Source: Oopsacas minuta
Lineage: Eukaryota > Animalia > Porifera
Reading direction: 5' to 3'
Assembly (NCBI GenBank): GCA_024704765.1
Contig: JAKMXF010000122.1
Location: 643,068 to 707,067, forward strand
Length of the DNA stretch: 64,000 nucleotides
Each line of letters starts with the position of its first letter. Position 1 is the stretch's first letter. Made by a program: the position numbers and the translations under genes. Positions 10,601 through 25,600 of this stretch are shown here, piece after piece. Below the pieces are notes generated by a model that was not told the origin of the DNA, searched no databases, and was given only the letters and a program-made list of their open reading frames with translations.

Positions 10601-13600
10601 GTGCAATACACTTCCCATATACAACTTCTTCTTCAACATTAATACAGTTTATAACAAAATGCTGAATAGTTTTGAGATAACAAGGACCCATAATTGACAG
10701 TCCTTAGATTCCCCAGAATTAAGAAGTATATAATAATTATCAACAAAATTTGATAAATCCCTTTAGTAACAGGAGTGTTAAATCCTAAGCGTCTTAGTGC
10801 AGAAATATTAGAATATAATCTGAGGAATCACGATAATTAAGATTACGTCACCAAATCTGGGGGTGTCAATGTGACATCATTATATATAACTCAGAGGGAA
10901 GTTATGTAAACCTCCCAATTGTTCTCAACATTTGAGATATCCCTATAGCAAGAATTATGATAAGTTAGAACCATCTTTTGACATCTTTACGGCGTTATGC
11001 TACATTTCGTAAAAGTGAACATGTACAAGTTCAACCTAAGATTTTTCTTAGAAAATTGTGCCAATCAGTCTGAATGTGAATCAATAATACTCTTGATGTT
11101 TAATTCCTAATGAGCAACTTTAAAGTCGATTAAAAATTAAAACCAAAGACACAAAAACTTCGTCAGAGGGGCCGAATTTCAAAAATATCAGATTTAGAAT
11201 GTGAAATGATCCACCATCGTAAGAATATTGGTATCCATTTGACATGATCAAAGGTCCAGTCATATCCATCCCTACACGATACAATGGCCTAGCGATTACA
11301 GGTAAGTCATTAAGTGGCTCAATTTTGACATATTTGCGAATTGTATCAAGACATTTAGGCCAGGTGTAGCGTTCTTTGGTAATATTATAGGTGGAATTTA
11401 CACAGTGCTGATGACATAAATTATCATGCATCCCCTATAAATATCATCCAATTGACTTGTCTGGATGAGTAATAGTTTGGGGTCTTTCAAGTAGAGCTTA
11501 CCTCACATTACCATGTACTTGTTAGCCATTTTTATCTTTTACGGCAGAATACGTTTGGTTCTCTAACTATTGATATATCTCCCGATATCGAGACTTTTCC
11601 ATTTGTTGAATTCGAGAATTGGAGATTAAGAATATTAAGTTACAAAACAAATATGAATAGTATTTCTAGGTTATGAGGTAAACATGAAATCCTTGAATAC
11701 TTTTAACGCTTATCCCATTCCATTGCTTCTACGCTCCTTGGAGTGGAATTATTCTAACTAAAGTGAGTCTTAGCTTTGAGTAAGTTGAATGGACACTTCA
11801 ACTCATAGTATAGTAATGCATATAAATCGAAAATTGATATAAAATAGACAAACACATGATATTTACATACTCAAATTATATAAAACAACAATTTTATAGG
11901 AAGAACTAATCTTAATCATCTAGTTTAAAAGAAAATAACCAAAAACAAAGTAGGAAAGTTGAAGAAAAATGTTGAAGCTGATCAAGGTAAAATTCGACCG
12001 AAATATCTAAACAAGAACGAGTATATTAGTAAGCAAAATATGAACATGGACATTGGCATAGCTAGGGGGTACACGTGCCTCTCCAAGTCAGGATCTAGTA
12101 TGCTGTTGATTTCAGTAACATAATTGGGTAACTACTACCAGAAATGAAAAATAGATGGATGATCTATTAAGAAAAGGGTGCTAAGAATAAGGAAATATTG
12201 AGTAGTCCTCTAGTTATATTAAATATACAAACAGTGATCCATTAAGAAGCAATATTAATTATTAAACGAGCGAAATATCGTAGCAAGTGTTGGAGAACAG
12301 CGAAATGAACGCGATTGAGAAGCGAAGCGCTGTCCAAAGTTCAATCGATTCTAACTTTTGACAGTAGTGTCAAGAAGAGATTCTAAATTGTGACAGCAGC
12401 CTCAAAAAGAGATACTAACTCGTGACAATTGATATAATTCTAACTCATGTCAGTAGTTTCAAATTGATTCTAACTTTTGATGTAGAACTAAAAAACTATT
12501 CTGGCTTGTAACAAATCCGAAATTCTGACTAGTGCATGCGCCAGCGAATCAAGTACAATACCCTTCCACTCTATCCCTGGTCCAGAAATCATTGTAGTTT
12601 CTAGTCCGTATATTACATAGTTCATGATCATACAAATTTCAAAAGATATGTGATAAAACACATTTCTAGTCGGCATTCTTGTTTTTAAACCTTCTATGGG
12701 CATACACGCGTTTAATTAGGTCATGTCAAACTAGAAATATCAAAAGAGCTAAATTCCCTATCCAGGCATGATCAAATTCTTCAAAATTATATTATGCATG
12801 AGGAGAAAGGGTTAGTTCATCAATACCATCCCGGACATATCTAATTCCTACAATAAACTCATCATGACAGCCATAAAATAATAATAAAATATTTTAAAGT
12901 TACCAATTATTTTCCCAGTTTCAGTTTCATTGACACTAAAAGTATATCCGGTTGATGAAGAGAAAACTGGAGAATTATCATTAGTGTCTTCAGTAGTTAC
13001 GATGACTATCTCATATTGCGTATTGATCCCATCTGAAACTTGAATAGTGAGCGAAAATGACTTTTCAGATATATTTTCAAAGTCAAACATACGATTAGTT
13101 GAGATCTGAGCAGAAATAAAAGTATTTGTTGGAGTTCCCACGGTGTTAATGGAAAATGGGACAGTCTGGTCCTAAAATAAGGTGTTTATAATTGATAATA
13201 TCAACATACAAATTACTATATTTGTTACGTTTGAACTCTCACTAGTTAATAATTAATCTATGCCAAGCCCTGCTGAGCAACTAAATCCTTTGGGAAAGTC
13301 ACTTTTTGAAATTTGAATATAACATTATGTGTAGGCCAATTCTGTAGGAAAAGCTAATCTTATTATCACAAATTGTAGCATAAATTCAAAATGTTGCTGG
13401 AGAATAATTAGGAGATACGTTTGTTGTATAAGGAATCGGCCGAATTCAAACTTAGCATATTGATAGATGCATTTTTACCTGTCATGTCAAGTAAAAATTC
13501 ACGTCTCGATGCACAACTTTACATTACTCGAATTTTCGACACCGAGAGTAAACATGCAACGGCAAAATTTTATTCCCTTCATTACTAGCATGGACTAGTG

Positions 13601-16600
13601 CGGATCATTCCTGAAATTTTAATCGCTGGTAGAAATTTAATTCTGAGAAAAGTTGACTTTTGTACTTGAGCGAAATGTATCGGACGCTGTTCTCCTACAA
13701 ACCATACGTCCCACTACTCAAATATATAATATGTTTTCCATTATTCTATTACTTAATATTATTACGATAATATGGCTCTAGGATAAACGTTATAATTTAG
13801 CCTTCACATAGTTTCTCATTCAAGTAATATGAAGCAAAAGGGTTGTTTGATTCAAATCAATGATTATGCGAGGGCACTTAATAAGTTTTGAGACCTGACT
13901 ATGTTGCGAGCTCTTATATAAGTAAACTATACTTGTTTCGAATAAACATGGGATAAATATACTTCGCTGAAAATCTTGTAACTTTATCTTGTATACCTTT
14001 CAGATAGCAGTAGTTTTATTATCTATGGATTCCTTAGTTACAAAATCCTGAATACAGTTATTAAGGCGTGATATTCTTGGGATAATACTTTTTCAGTTCC
14101 AACTTTGGAAAACAATATAAGAATGTCACGAAATTTTCTGTACAGCCTTTCCAAATAACAAGGTATCTGCGGCAACAGTGAAAAGATGGTACAGAGAATT
14201 TAAGTGTGGGAATTTTCATCTTGAAGACCAACCCCGCCCTGGACCACCCCCATACGCTGTTATAGAGGGAATTGTTGAGTCAATTGAGAACATGGTGATA
14301 GCAGACCCAAATGTTACATATGAGAGGACTTAGCACGAAATTGGCATTTCATCCGGGGCAGTGCACACCATTTTACACCAGTCCCTTCAGCTACGTAAAC
14401 TTTGTGCCCACATCAGCATCATCCTGAGCAGAAGCAGAATCGAGTGAAATGGTGCCATGAAATGCTTAAAAAATTCAACAATGGCAACAGTAGAGATGTT
14501 TCCAAGATAATAACTGGTGATGAAACATGGATCTATCACTATGACCCAAGAAACAAAGCAGCAGAGCTGTCAATGGTGTGAAATTGGAGAAGGTCCCCCA
14601 ACAAAGGTTCGCAGAACTCAGGACACCAAGAAACAAATGTATGCAATGTTTTTAATACAACTGGTGTTAAAACTGTTGTACCTCTTGAACCTGGTAAGAC
14701 AATTAATTCAACCTGGTATACAGAGAGTTGTTTGCCTCTAGTCATAAAAGCAATAAATTTACAGCGTCCTGGCACAGGATTAAGGGGAACTTTTTTGCAC
14801 CACGATAATGCCAGTTCTCATACATCAAAAATGACAAGACAATTCATTGAAGAATCAGGACTATATATTTTGCCACCCCCCCCTTATTCTCCAGATCTAG
14901 CCCCCTGCGACTTCTGGCTCTTTCCTAGAATTAAAAAAATACCTTAAAGGCAGAAATTTTTCATCGAATTCTGAACTTGAGGGGGCCCTCAGAGAAGTGA
15001 TCGGAGACATCAACGAAAATGAATTTAAAGAAGCTATTCAAGATTGGCTTAAACGAATAAACAAGTGTATTCAAGCTAAGGGATGCCATTTCGAACAATT
15101 ATAGTAAAAAATAAATATAGATTGATTCTTTTTGATACTAAGGCTCAAAAGTTATTGAGTACCCCTCGTAAATTAATAAAACCATGATTTAAATAATCTA
15201 AATTATTCATTTGTTAATATCGTATTTACCATCCATAATCTTCATCACTTGCGTTCAATATGCCAATATTTAATTATTCAATTGATGCCTAATCTTAACA
15301 CTTTAACCAGAAATCATATAATTGAATTCTAAACTTGACTAATTACAATGCAAATATGAAAAGAGAAACATCGTATATGTATATAACAATACCAGTACTA
15401 AAGAATTGTTAATTTTTGTTATTTTCGATTCATGGCATGGAGGAGACAAGACCCTTTAGGGATAGATTTCGATAAGTTTGAGACTCCTGGGATATCTGGT
15501 TGGAAAGCTAATTCACATTGTGCCAAAAGGAGATGCAAGGAGTGGTAAATCGGCTTAAACAACATTATGCTACTTGAGATCTTTCCATTGAAACGATACA
15601 GTTATCAAAAGAAAACCCTGAAAATGATCTATCTGATTAAGCGTATGCAACGTTTGTGAATATATCGAGACAAGCTAGCTCCCAAAGAGGAAGAATTGTA
15701 ATACAATTGGAGATTATACAGTAAAAACCTCAAATTAGAAGCTGAACTACTTGATAAGCAAATTGCTCGATATATGTATGCAACAAACACACCATTTGTA
15801 GCAGATTTGTCAAACTAATAAGCATGCTGCGTCCAGGTTACTCGCCACCAAGCATCCAAGCCGCTATGATGTTGGTGCAAAGTTATTGGATAACGTACAA
15901 GGTTCATTAATGGAAACTTGCAGACATACACTCGAAAATAAAACAGCTTCTTTGTCTTTGGACGAGTGGAACAATGTTCACAATGAACCAGTTGTGTTCG
16001 CCAGCGTCACAACTGATAAAGGAGATTCATTTCTGACAGATACTATTGATACATCTGGATGTGCTCACACTTCAGATTAAACTACTCGGCTCGCATAAAA
16101 TTCCATTAAGTCTTGTCAAGAAAAATTCTAATGTCGTGTCAAAGCGTAGTTACAAACAATGCTACAAACATGGCCAAAATGAGGCGACAGTAGAAGAAAA
16201 TATAACAAGTGATTTGTTAACATACGGATGTTCAACCCATTTGCTAAATCTATTGGCACAAGATGTTCAAATCCCAGAAGTAAAAGAACAAGTGCTCCAA
16301 ATAATTAAATACTTTACGAATACCCATCTACCGGCTGCAAGATACAGGGCTTCTGGAGGTAAGAATTACACCATAAAACGAAATGCCGATGAATTTTTAG
16401 TTAGATTAAAGACGTTTCAGCAGCCTTGGATAGGATTCAAAGAGATAGTGCTATTATCAGCGATACTATAGAAATTTGGAAAGAGTTACAGGGAAATTTA
16501 ATTAATACAGGACAGCCTACGGATGTATTAACCAAAGTAACAATAGAGCTGCACAAGCCATTACCCCTATACATCTTTGTTTAAGTAGACTGCAAACCTT

Positions 16601-19600
16601 TCAAAGCCTATATGTTCAACAAGAGTATAATTGCAAACGTGATACCTTCCCTGTTGGTGGAGATCTCTCGATGGAATAGTGGAAAAGGAGTTTGTGGCGG
16701 TAACAGAAAGGTTCTTGACAGCTATGGCATCAAGTGCAGGAGTTGAGCGCATATTTTCAACATTTGGATATAGACATTCCAAAATAAGGAATAAACTTGG
16801 AAACGAGAAGGGAGCAAAACTAGTGTTCATCTATAGAATGCTCAATTTAAGTGTCTAATAAAACTCCAATAATATTCATTAACATTAAATATTTCAACCT
16901 CATACTGAGTTTAGATTTAGCAAAAACTAAACTATTAAACCATCTGATTCTCGGTATATTTGATGTATTAGCCAAAAGATCTGATATAAATTACAAAAAA
17001 CAATAAAAATCCGATTTTTTTATTTTTGAAAAATCATGAGTTTTATCAACCCAGTGGGCGGGCAGCGGCGGATGAGAAGCAATAATAAATACTTTTGATT
17101 TTTTTGAGATTGTCGAGCCTGCTGATAGTCGCCATAATTTTCAAAATAACTTCATGCAACATATGTTTTCAATATTACATACTATCTTTAGATATTTTCT
17201 AGCTATATGCTTAAATATTTATTCAATATTATTGTGAACCAGGAGCATATTTGAATGGAAAATTTAACCCAAATAAATATAAAATAATATAATATAAGTG
17301 ATTTAGTATTGAAAACACAATAAATAGCTTAGAATGAATATGTACACTTAAGGAGTCTATGAATTTGGGCTTGTAATCCTTTAAAATTAAAATTTATTAT
17401 AGTCAATTCAGTTTTTAGGCAGATTTTCGTAATTGGCATGAAATTTCCTTTCATTAAAAATATTTTTCCTTGACAACGCAGGAATATCACATTCCATTCT
17501 CAAAACTTCTCCTAACTATATCGACTGACCACTCTTTCTACTCCGCTGGGTGATTGGACTCCAAATATAAGCATTAAAACAATGTATATGGCAATAAAAT
17601 AGAGATGTGTGGCAAATACAAATGGCAATTAGAATTTTCCGTTTCCCTCTTTTGATGGTACCAAATAATGAAATTTCGAGGCTTGGATCATGGACTATAA
17701 GAATTTGAACCCAACCCTGAGATTACATTTCGGTTTTGCATAATGGAGACATAAATAGCCCGAAACTTGGGGTAAATAAACCTGGTTCGCTCACAAAATA
17801 ATATGTGTAAAGGCAAAATATAAAATATTGTAATTAGATCTATCAATATAAACATACCATGATAGAGAGAGAAAGTGGTGTAGGCAGACCTTGATCTAAA
17901 TCAGTAGCAGATACTGTAAATACAATACTCCCTGCAGGTAGATTCTCTTCTATAGTTTGTGGTCCAATAGATGCTAATACTGGAGAGTTATCGTTTATAT
18001 CATCAACGATAACAGTGAGCACAAAAGAACCGGTACGTCTTTCTGACGCTAGTACAGCTTGATCAGTAGCAATTATTGTCAGCTTGTATACAGATTGAGT
18101 ATTGAAATCTAAGACAGCCACTACAGATATAAATCCAGTATCCGGATCAATAGAGAATGCACTATCCCCCGTTTGGAAACTGTACTTCAACTATAAGGGA
18201 TTTATGATTATTATTAATTAGTTTTAATAACGCAAAGTATGCCAGAAGAAATACAAAGCAATATTAACCATACCTCACTATTTACACCTTCATCATCATC
18301 CATAATCATATTATTCATAGCAACATCATAGATGACATGAGGAATGATTAAAATTTGCTCATCTGCATGAGTTTCTTGTTTAGCATCTGTAAAAGTTGGG
18401 GAGTTGTCATTTTCATCAGAAATATAAATTGTTACGGTTGCAGTGGCTGATTTTGGAGTAGGATCGTCATCAACAGCAATTACTTCAAAAGTATACATAT
18501 TATCTGTATCTCGATCTACAGACCCTAATAATGTAATTAGTCCAGTAGCACTATCAAGAAAAAAAATCATAGAATCGGCAGATCCATCTGGTTTGTAAGA
18601 CACTGTATGTGACTAAACAAATAAAAAATAGTTTCAAATTAAACGTCAAACTAACTGTAAGTCATCATACAATAGAGCTTCTATAAGTGGGGACGTCAGA
18701 CGGCGAATTTCCAGATAAAACCCCATTCCCCATTCCCCATTTATAATTTCAAACGCAAATGTCGTTAAACAATTATTTTTGGGTCAATATGTATATACAT
18801 TTCCTCCATGCTCCAGTGACTGTTTTTAATGATATTTGAGCATTATTGGTTAAATATATTTTCAAAATTTTAAACAAAATTAAAAATTCAAGAAAATATA
18901 TCATAGAACTCCCACTTATAGAGAGGTAAATTTCAATGGAGTGAGGCATAAATATTATTTCAATTGCCAGCCATTCCCAATTTTTCGCTTATAGAGGCCA
19001 GTTTCTATGGAAATGACTGAAGCTAGACCAAAATTACCCAGCTTCTGGAGCTTCCCTATTTATAGAGACGCCACTTATAGAATTAGCACTGTATTATAGA
19101 TGGAAAATTCCAAAAATAGAGACTAGTGGTTTTAACCAGTGGGAATGGTTCTAATGGGAATTCTTCAAATTATATTGTGTAAATAGGATTATTGTTATAA
19201 CTTTGATCTGTTCGATTAGTATATTCTTTAAATTTTCTAATAATTGTTACAGAAATGGGTCGCATGCATTAGGTCGAATCCTGATGTTGTTGATAAATCG
19301 AATTATTATATGTAGGAGCAGGGTTGGAGTTTAACCCGGGTTAAATAAGTTTAGCCCAGCCCAGTGGGTAAAACCCGGTTTAAAAAGGGTTTTACTAATT
19401 TAACCCGGGTTAAATTGTAAACACAGTAAATATTCAAAATCCATAAATAAAGATCTGTAATGCACAATTGACTTAAAACCAGACGTTAATTAGTAAAAAT
19501 TTTAGCATTCATTCCAAATAAATATATGCATTAAATAATATTAAAATTGAGTTTCCAAAAAAGGGGAAATATGCTTCTATAGTTTGATTAATCAAATTAT

Positions 19601-22600
19601 TGTCTGGGTATCCTAAATTAGAGTCTCAGACATAGATCAGGTAGTTTATCCAATTACAAGAGGTTTAGCAGTGTGAAATAACCAGTTTTGACCATAAAAT
19701 AGGGTTTAATCCAGTTTAACCCACTAACTGGGGTTTAAACCATGGTCTAAACCGGGGGTGGGTTTAACTAGCCAACCCTGTGTAGAAGTTAATGGATTAA
19801 GGGTGTTGAGATGTTGATTCTGCGTTAGGTTTCGTGATGTCATTCGAAACTATTTCAGAACAATACAATAATTGGATTCAACATTGAATTCGATAGCTAC
19901 TGTGGAATGGGATTTTGATCGAACTCGGTTAGAATATTGCTTAAAATTGACGTGTCGTATTTGATTGGAATAGATTATATCAAAATACTTGATTTGGAAG
20001 TTTATAATCCAATATTTGATTTGAAATCAACGCGCACAATAGGGACACGGTCTTCAGGTAAAAGCGTTCCAATTAAGCGGAGTCGATTGAATTCGATTTT
20101 AAATGATTAGATCTAGAAAAAGATTTGACCCACGAATTAAAGATCATAATTAAGTAAGCACCAAAATTATTCAGTAAGGTGGTGGCTTCAAAAAGATCAG
20201 AGGAAAAGTTGATGGGTTAACTCAGAACGATGTTTACCACAGAAGGCGATTAAATGGAATTTGGATGGACCATGGATAATAAAAAATATATTTTCACAAA
20301 TCATCAGCCCATGGCCTACTATATACACGGTTACCTAAGCAAAGAATTGCCAAAATAATATCCAGACCATTGATAATATTCTGTTTGATCATGAAGGATT
20401 GCAGTTATCATTAAAATTCAACTGTAAATTGGATTCCACATAAGGCGGAGACATCTAGAATACTTTTGAACCTGCTTTCCAAGTTATTTTAACCACAATG
20501 ACTCAATCAAAGTTCATGCCCATATATGGTAATTTTTTCATTTTTATCAATATTTCGGAAATTCTCAAAACTTAAACTAACCCTTTTTATCCAAATTCCT
20601 TATACTTGTTAAATGTTAGTTTAAGTAACCAAAAGATGATCTTCATTTTCATAAACACTCGTTAAATAATCATTTTAGTGATATTCGCAGAAAATAACAA
20701 CATTAAAAAGTCAATCCTAGAAAATCGAAGGAATTCTACCAAAAAATGTATGCGAACATAAAATAAGTCATAAATGTTAACCATTTTATAAGTTTAGTAA
20801 TACAGTCTTTCAAATTGTGTTTTTGTGCTAAGTTAATACGAATCATGATTCATTTCATGGGATTAGTGGGTTTTTCGATAATATTGGTATTCATTAGTAA
20901 AATAATTACCATTATTGAAGATGAACATTGATTGCGTCATTGTGGTTAAAATAACTTGGAAAGCAGGTTCAAAAGTATTCTAGATGTCTCCACCATATGT
21001 GGAATCCTATTTACAGTTGAATTTGTAATGATAACTGCAATCTTTCATGATCAAACAGAATATAATGAATGGCCTGGAAATCGTTTTGGAAATTCTTTGC
21101 TTAACCACCCGTATATATAGTAGGCCATGGTTGAGTGTGTAAAATAATCATTGAAAAATATTTATAGAAGCAAGCTTTTGCTTATTTTCCCGCGCGTCTC
21201 TCGAACACTTTTTGATTTACTATAGATTATATACATTAAATTCACCACTAAACGACTCAAAATAGAAGTAAAGAACATACTGGATCTGAGTCTTCAGCAA
21301 GAACCAAAAGAACTGTTGAATTAACAACAGATGCTTCTGAAATAGTGGCTTCATAATTAGACTGAGTAAAAACTGGTGGGTATTCATTACTGTCTTGGAT
21401 ATTTATAGTTAAACTGGTCAGAACAGACGATTTAGGTGATTGATCTTCTTCTGCTTGAATTACGAGAATATACTGATCATGAGTTTCATGGTCAAGGTTT
21501 GAAACTGTAATGTCACCTAAATAAGTAATAATGAGGGTTAATTCCAAGTAATTACAATTGAATACAAATTAGGAATTAAAATATTTGTGCGTTAGTTCTA
21601 CAGAACTAATTGGATAGTCAATGCTTACTAGGAAAACTGGCAATACAAGTTAGACAATATTTGTAGTGATTATCGAGTTATAATTGGACATTCATAAAAC
21701 ATGTGATCCCTGGTCTATACTGTAACTAAAAAACCAGCCAATTTGCATTACAAATTTTGATATTTTTTACATAAAAGTACCATAGATCATTTAATCTATT
21801 CATTTCGAAATGAAAGATGCAATTATTAACATCCTACACGCAGGAATGGAGTCAACATACTGAGTGTGAGGGGGGGGGGGCAACTGCCCCTGTAAAAATT
21901 CTGCTCCCCGTTATCCCTGACAAGAATCATGAACAGCTTAGAGTCATGAATTGTTATATTGTATAAATTTGTATTAAGTTGGTAGATGGTAGTGGGAAAA
22001 CAGTATATTGAAATATTATGTAATATGACAATGCAAAATCTAGAGTATTAAAATCTAAAAATCTAAAGCAATCGAATAAGATAAAGTGCCTCAAATAATG
22101 AATCAACTAAATAGCAAGCCAGTTGCACAGTAAAATATTATTACGTCTGCACAATATACATAGAAATACATATCGCGCTCCGGTGCCCTATTATATTCGT
22201 AGGCTTATTCTGAAGGGATTCTCTGCACGAAAGTCTGAAACACAGACAACTGGCGATACTTCTCCTTATCCTGAGCTTAACCTTCCCGTCCTGCTTTCTG
22301 ATTGGTGGACTGATTTGTATCCACGTTTCATCTCCTGTGACAATTGTAATAGTCTACTGGGATCGGTATACATAAATAACCAGGTTAGAATGGGCAATGG
22401 GAAAATATATGTAAATAATACAAAGATAGAGTTGTTAGGTAGGATTTTGACTCAGCAATTCCAAATTAAATAATACGTATCAACAATTCATCCTTAGTCA
22501 CACAATATTCGTATTCATGCATGTGTGACTCATAAAATGCCAAAACTAAATTTTTACTTTTGTTTCTAGGATTCACAATGAACACTTTTTTGACATTTTT

Positions 22601-25600
22601 ACTGTTCCGACCATACTATGGTATAAGGCTCAGTATTAATCTATGTGGAAAGGTGAATAACAACCCGGGACATGTTGTTACTGTGCTGACTAATACTATT
22701 ACATAGTATAGTGTCTCAGTTCTAAAATGGTTAACTTAGTATATATATATGTGTGTGTGTTTGTGTTTCGCTGCTGTTCACACCATTAGAGATTAAGACA
22801 CCAAATTTGGTCATAGTGACATCTAGTAGTGCACCTGACATTTGAAATTTCTAATACATCCCCCTTGACACTTCTATATTTTAGCCCAATCAGATTGTAG
22901 GGTTTTGCAATTAGGCATAAATGCATAAACCTAGTTCTGGTAGAGAGCCGTGGAGTTCACGTCACCATATTAGCGCCGTAATGAATTTGTATTGCATGTA
23001 GACAGCAATTCTATGGGTCAATAAATTATATTTAGCGTATAACACAATACATATATTTACCATATGATTATTCAGATTTTGACACCTTTTATGCAAAGTT
23101 GCACCGATTAGTTCAATATTTGGTTCAACAGAATAATATTTTGCGAATAGTTCAATATTCGATTACCAACCGAATATCAGTATTCAGTATTCGGTATTCG
23201 ATTGGCCCAAACCGAAAATTTAATTGCCATGGGCAGGCCAAGTTTTCTGAATCCAGGACAAAAGCCCCGGATTCCCCCCTAGGACCGCTACTGAGTGCCA
23301 CTAATTCACACTAGTCAAACCTTTATTTAGCCTCTAGCAAAAAATTGCTAAAGGAATGCTACCAAAAATTTCACACTTTACGAAAGAGAAAATAACGCAA
23401 CACCGTTATACTCTTCTAAAATTTGTATCCTGGTTAGACCGCTCTGACCCCGGCAGAACTTGCATATGTCTCCAAGTAAATTCTTTATATCAGCAGTTTC
23501 CCCCTAAAGTGGGTCAATCAACGCGCTTTCACGCTAAATGACGCGGTTAGGATATCTAGCTACGTTAAAATGAAGACTGTGTGCATATGGTTTAATACTT
23601 GTGTATGCGACAGAGCCATTAATTCTCAAAAATGAGCACTTTCCTAAAATCTTGTAGGAAACACTGTCTACCAGTTTATCTCTCAAGAAAATGTAAGCTC
23701 CTTCTGCTTCACCAGTCCATTCCCAGGATGGTATCTTCCCTGTTAAGGAATCTCAGTGTGTAATAGCGGTAAAAATTTAATTTACCTAATAAAAGCTGAA
23801 GTTCTTTCACCGATGTTGGTCTCGGAAACCACTGTACTGTATTGATGTAGGACCTCATGGGCATCCCCCCTTTTTCCAAAATGTGATACCAAATGAACTC
23901 ATACTCTAGTATACCATGTGACATTTATCTTATCGGAAATGAATCTTCCTAAATGTTGGATATGTTCATCTAGTGTCTTTGAAAAGATCAAAACATCATC
24001 AATGTAATTAGCTCGATACAAGGAACTCATTTCGATACGTCTTCTTCTCGTGCGTTACTCATCTCAACCCTGGCAAGAGGAGTCGATGGAAGTTTGTACG
24101 AACTATCAGCTGTTCGGCAGATTGATACGGCGTCTCGGAAATCGAAAATCACTTCCTCGTAAATCTCCATAAATCCCACCCGAGAATGAGTGTGGAGTCA
24201 TGGCATACTATATCACGGCTAGCTAAGCAAAGAATTGCCAAAATAATTTCCAGGCCATTGAATATATTCTGTTTGATCATGAAGAATTGAAGTTATCATT
24301 GCAAATTCAACTGTATATAGGTTTCCACAAATGGTGGAGACATCTAGAATTCTTTTGAACATGATTTTCATGTTATTTTAATCACAATGACGCAATCAAA
24401 GTTCACCTTCAATAATGGTTATTATTTTACTAATAAATACCAATATTATCGAAAAACCCACAAATCTCATGAATTGAATCATGATTCGTATTAACTTAGC
24501 ACAAATACACAATAGAAATACTGTATTAAATACGCTTATAAAAATTGTTACAATTTTGACTCATTTTGTGTTCGCATACACTTTTTGATGGAATTTCTTC
24601 GATTATCTAGGATTGACTTTTCATGCTGTTTTTACGACGAATATCAAAAAATGATTATTTAACGAGTGTTTATGAAAATGAAGATCATCTTTTGGTTTCT
24701 TAAGTTAGCATTTAACAAGTAGAAGGTATTTTGATAAAAGGATTTGTTTAAGTTTTGAGAGTTTCAGTTATCATTACAAATTCAACCTCAATGCGGTTGA
24801 ATTTGTAATGATAACTGCAATCCTTCATGATCAAACAGAATATGATCAATGACCTGGAAGTCTTTTGGCAATTCCTTGCTTAGCTAACCGTGTATATAGA
24901 AGGCCATGCAGCATGTGTTGAGACTCTTGAGAGATGGTTATGGTTTTTAGTCATCCACGGTGACTACGATCACAATAAACATATTATCATCTCTGGAACA
25001 ACTTTTATCATGACAAATGGTTATATTTTGTAAGGAAATATCCATAGATCCCACGGTATACACTAGTAATATGGGCAGAGCTGCAAATGGGCCAGATGGG
25101 GCAGTGGGTCATGACCCATCAAAATTGTATTTATATACTATGTAGGCTTAAAAGAGTTATTTGTCAATTAGAAAACCTTCTAAATAGAGTTAATAGAGGT
25201 GGTCATTATACTAAATGTTTGGAATACTACAAGTGAGAGTTTTAATCTCCTTAATTGGTGGAAGCAGAATAAACTTAGGTTTCCATTATTATCAATAATT
25301 GCCATGAGACTATTGGTAATTCAGGCATCCTCATCCGAAAGCGAGAGACACTTTAGTGCCTTTAATGCTCGGCATATCGTAACATCTCAACGGAATGCAA
25401 TGTTGCCAGAAACTATCGAAGCTATCTCTGTGGTGTTGGAAGGATATAAAATCAACTTGATTTAATTATTGTATTAGACTAAATACTTCCATTATACTTG
25501 CTCCTAATAATGAAATACGTAATGGGTCAGAAAATAATAAATGGGTCATGGGTCACTTCATGTGACCCATTTGCAGCTCTGAACAGGGGTCCCAAACACT

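Noticed and set aside
12347-12487. CRISPR-like repeat spacing
   Set aside because: Units are contiguous and degenerate with no unique spacers, there are no cas genes, and the context is eukaryotic.
14025-15104. SETMAR-like gene (also 35350-36417)
   Set aside because: No SET domain; plain mariner pseudogenes inside TIRs.
19820-20280. Possible decayed integrase C-terminus
   Set aside because: Only a weak HRRRL-like resemblance, with many stops; not supportable.
21130-24198. GTTGAGT/GTGGAGT match between the inner flanks of MITE copies 3 and 4 as a swapped TSD
   Set aside because: A 6/7 match among many comparisons is plausibly chance, and the cadherin exon between them is correctly oriented and in phase.
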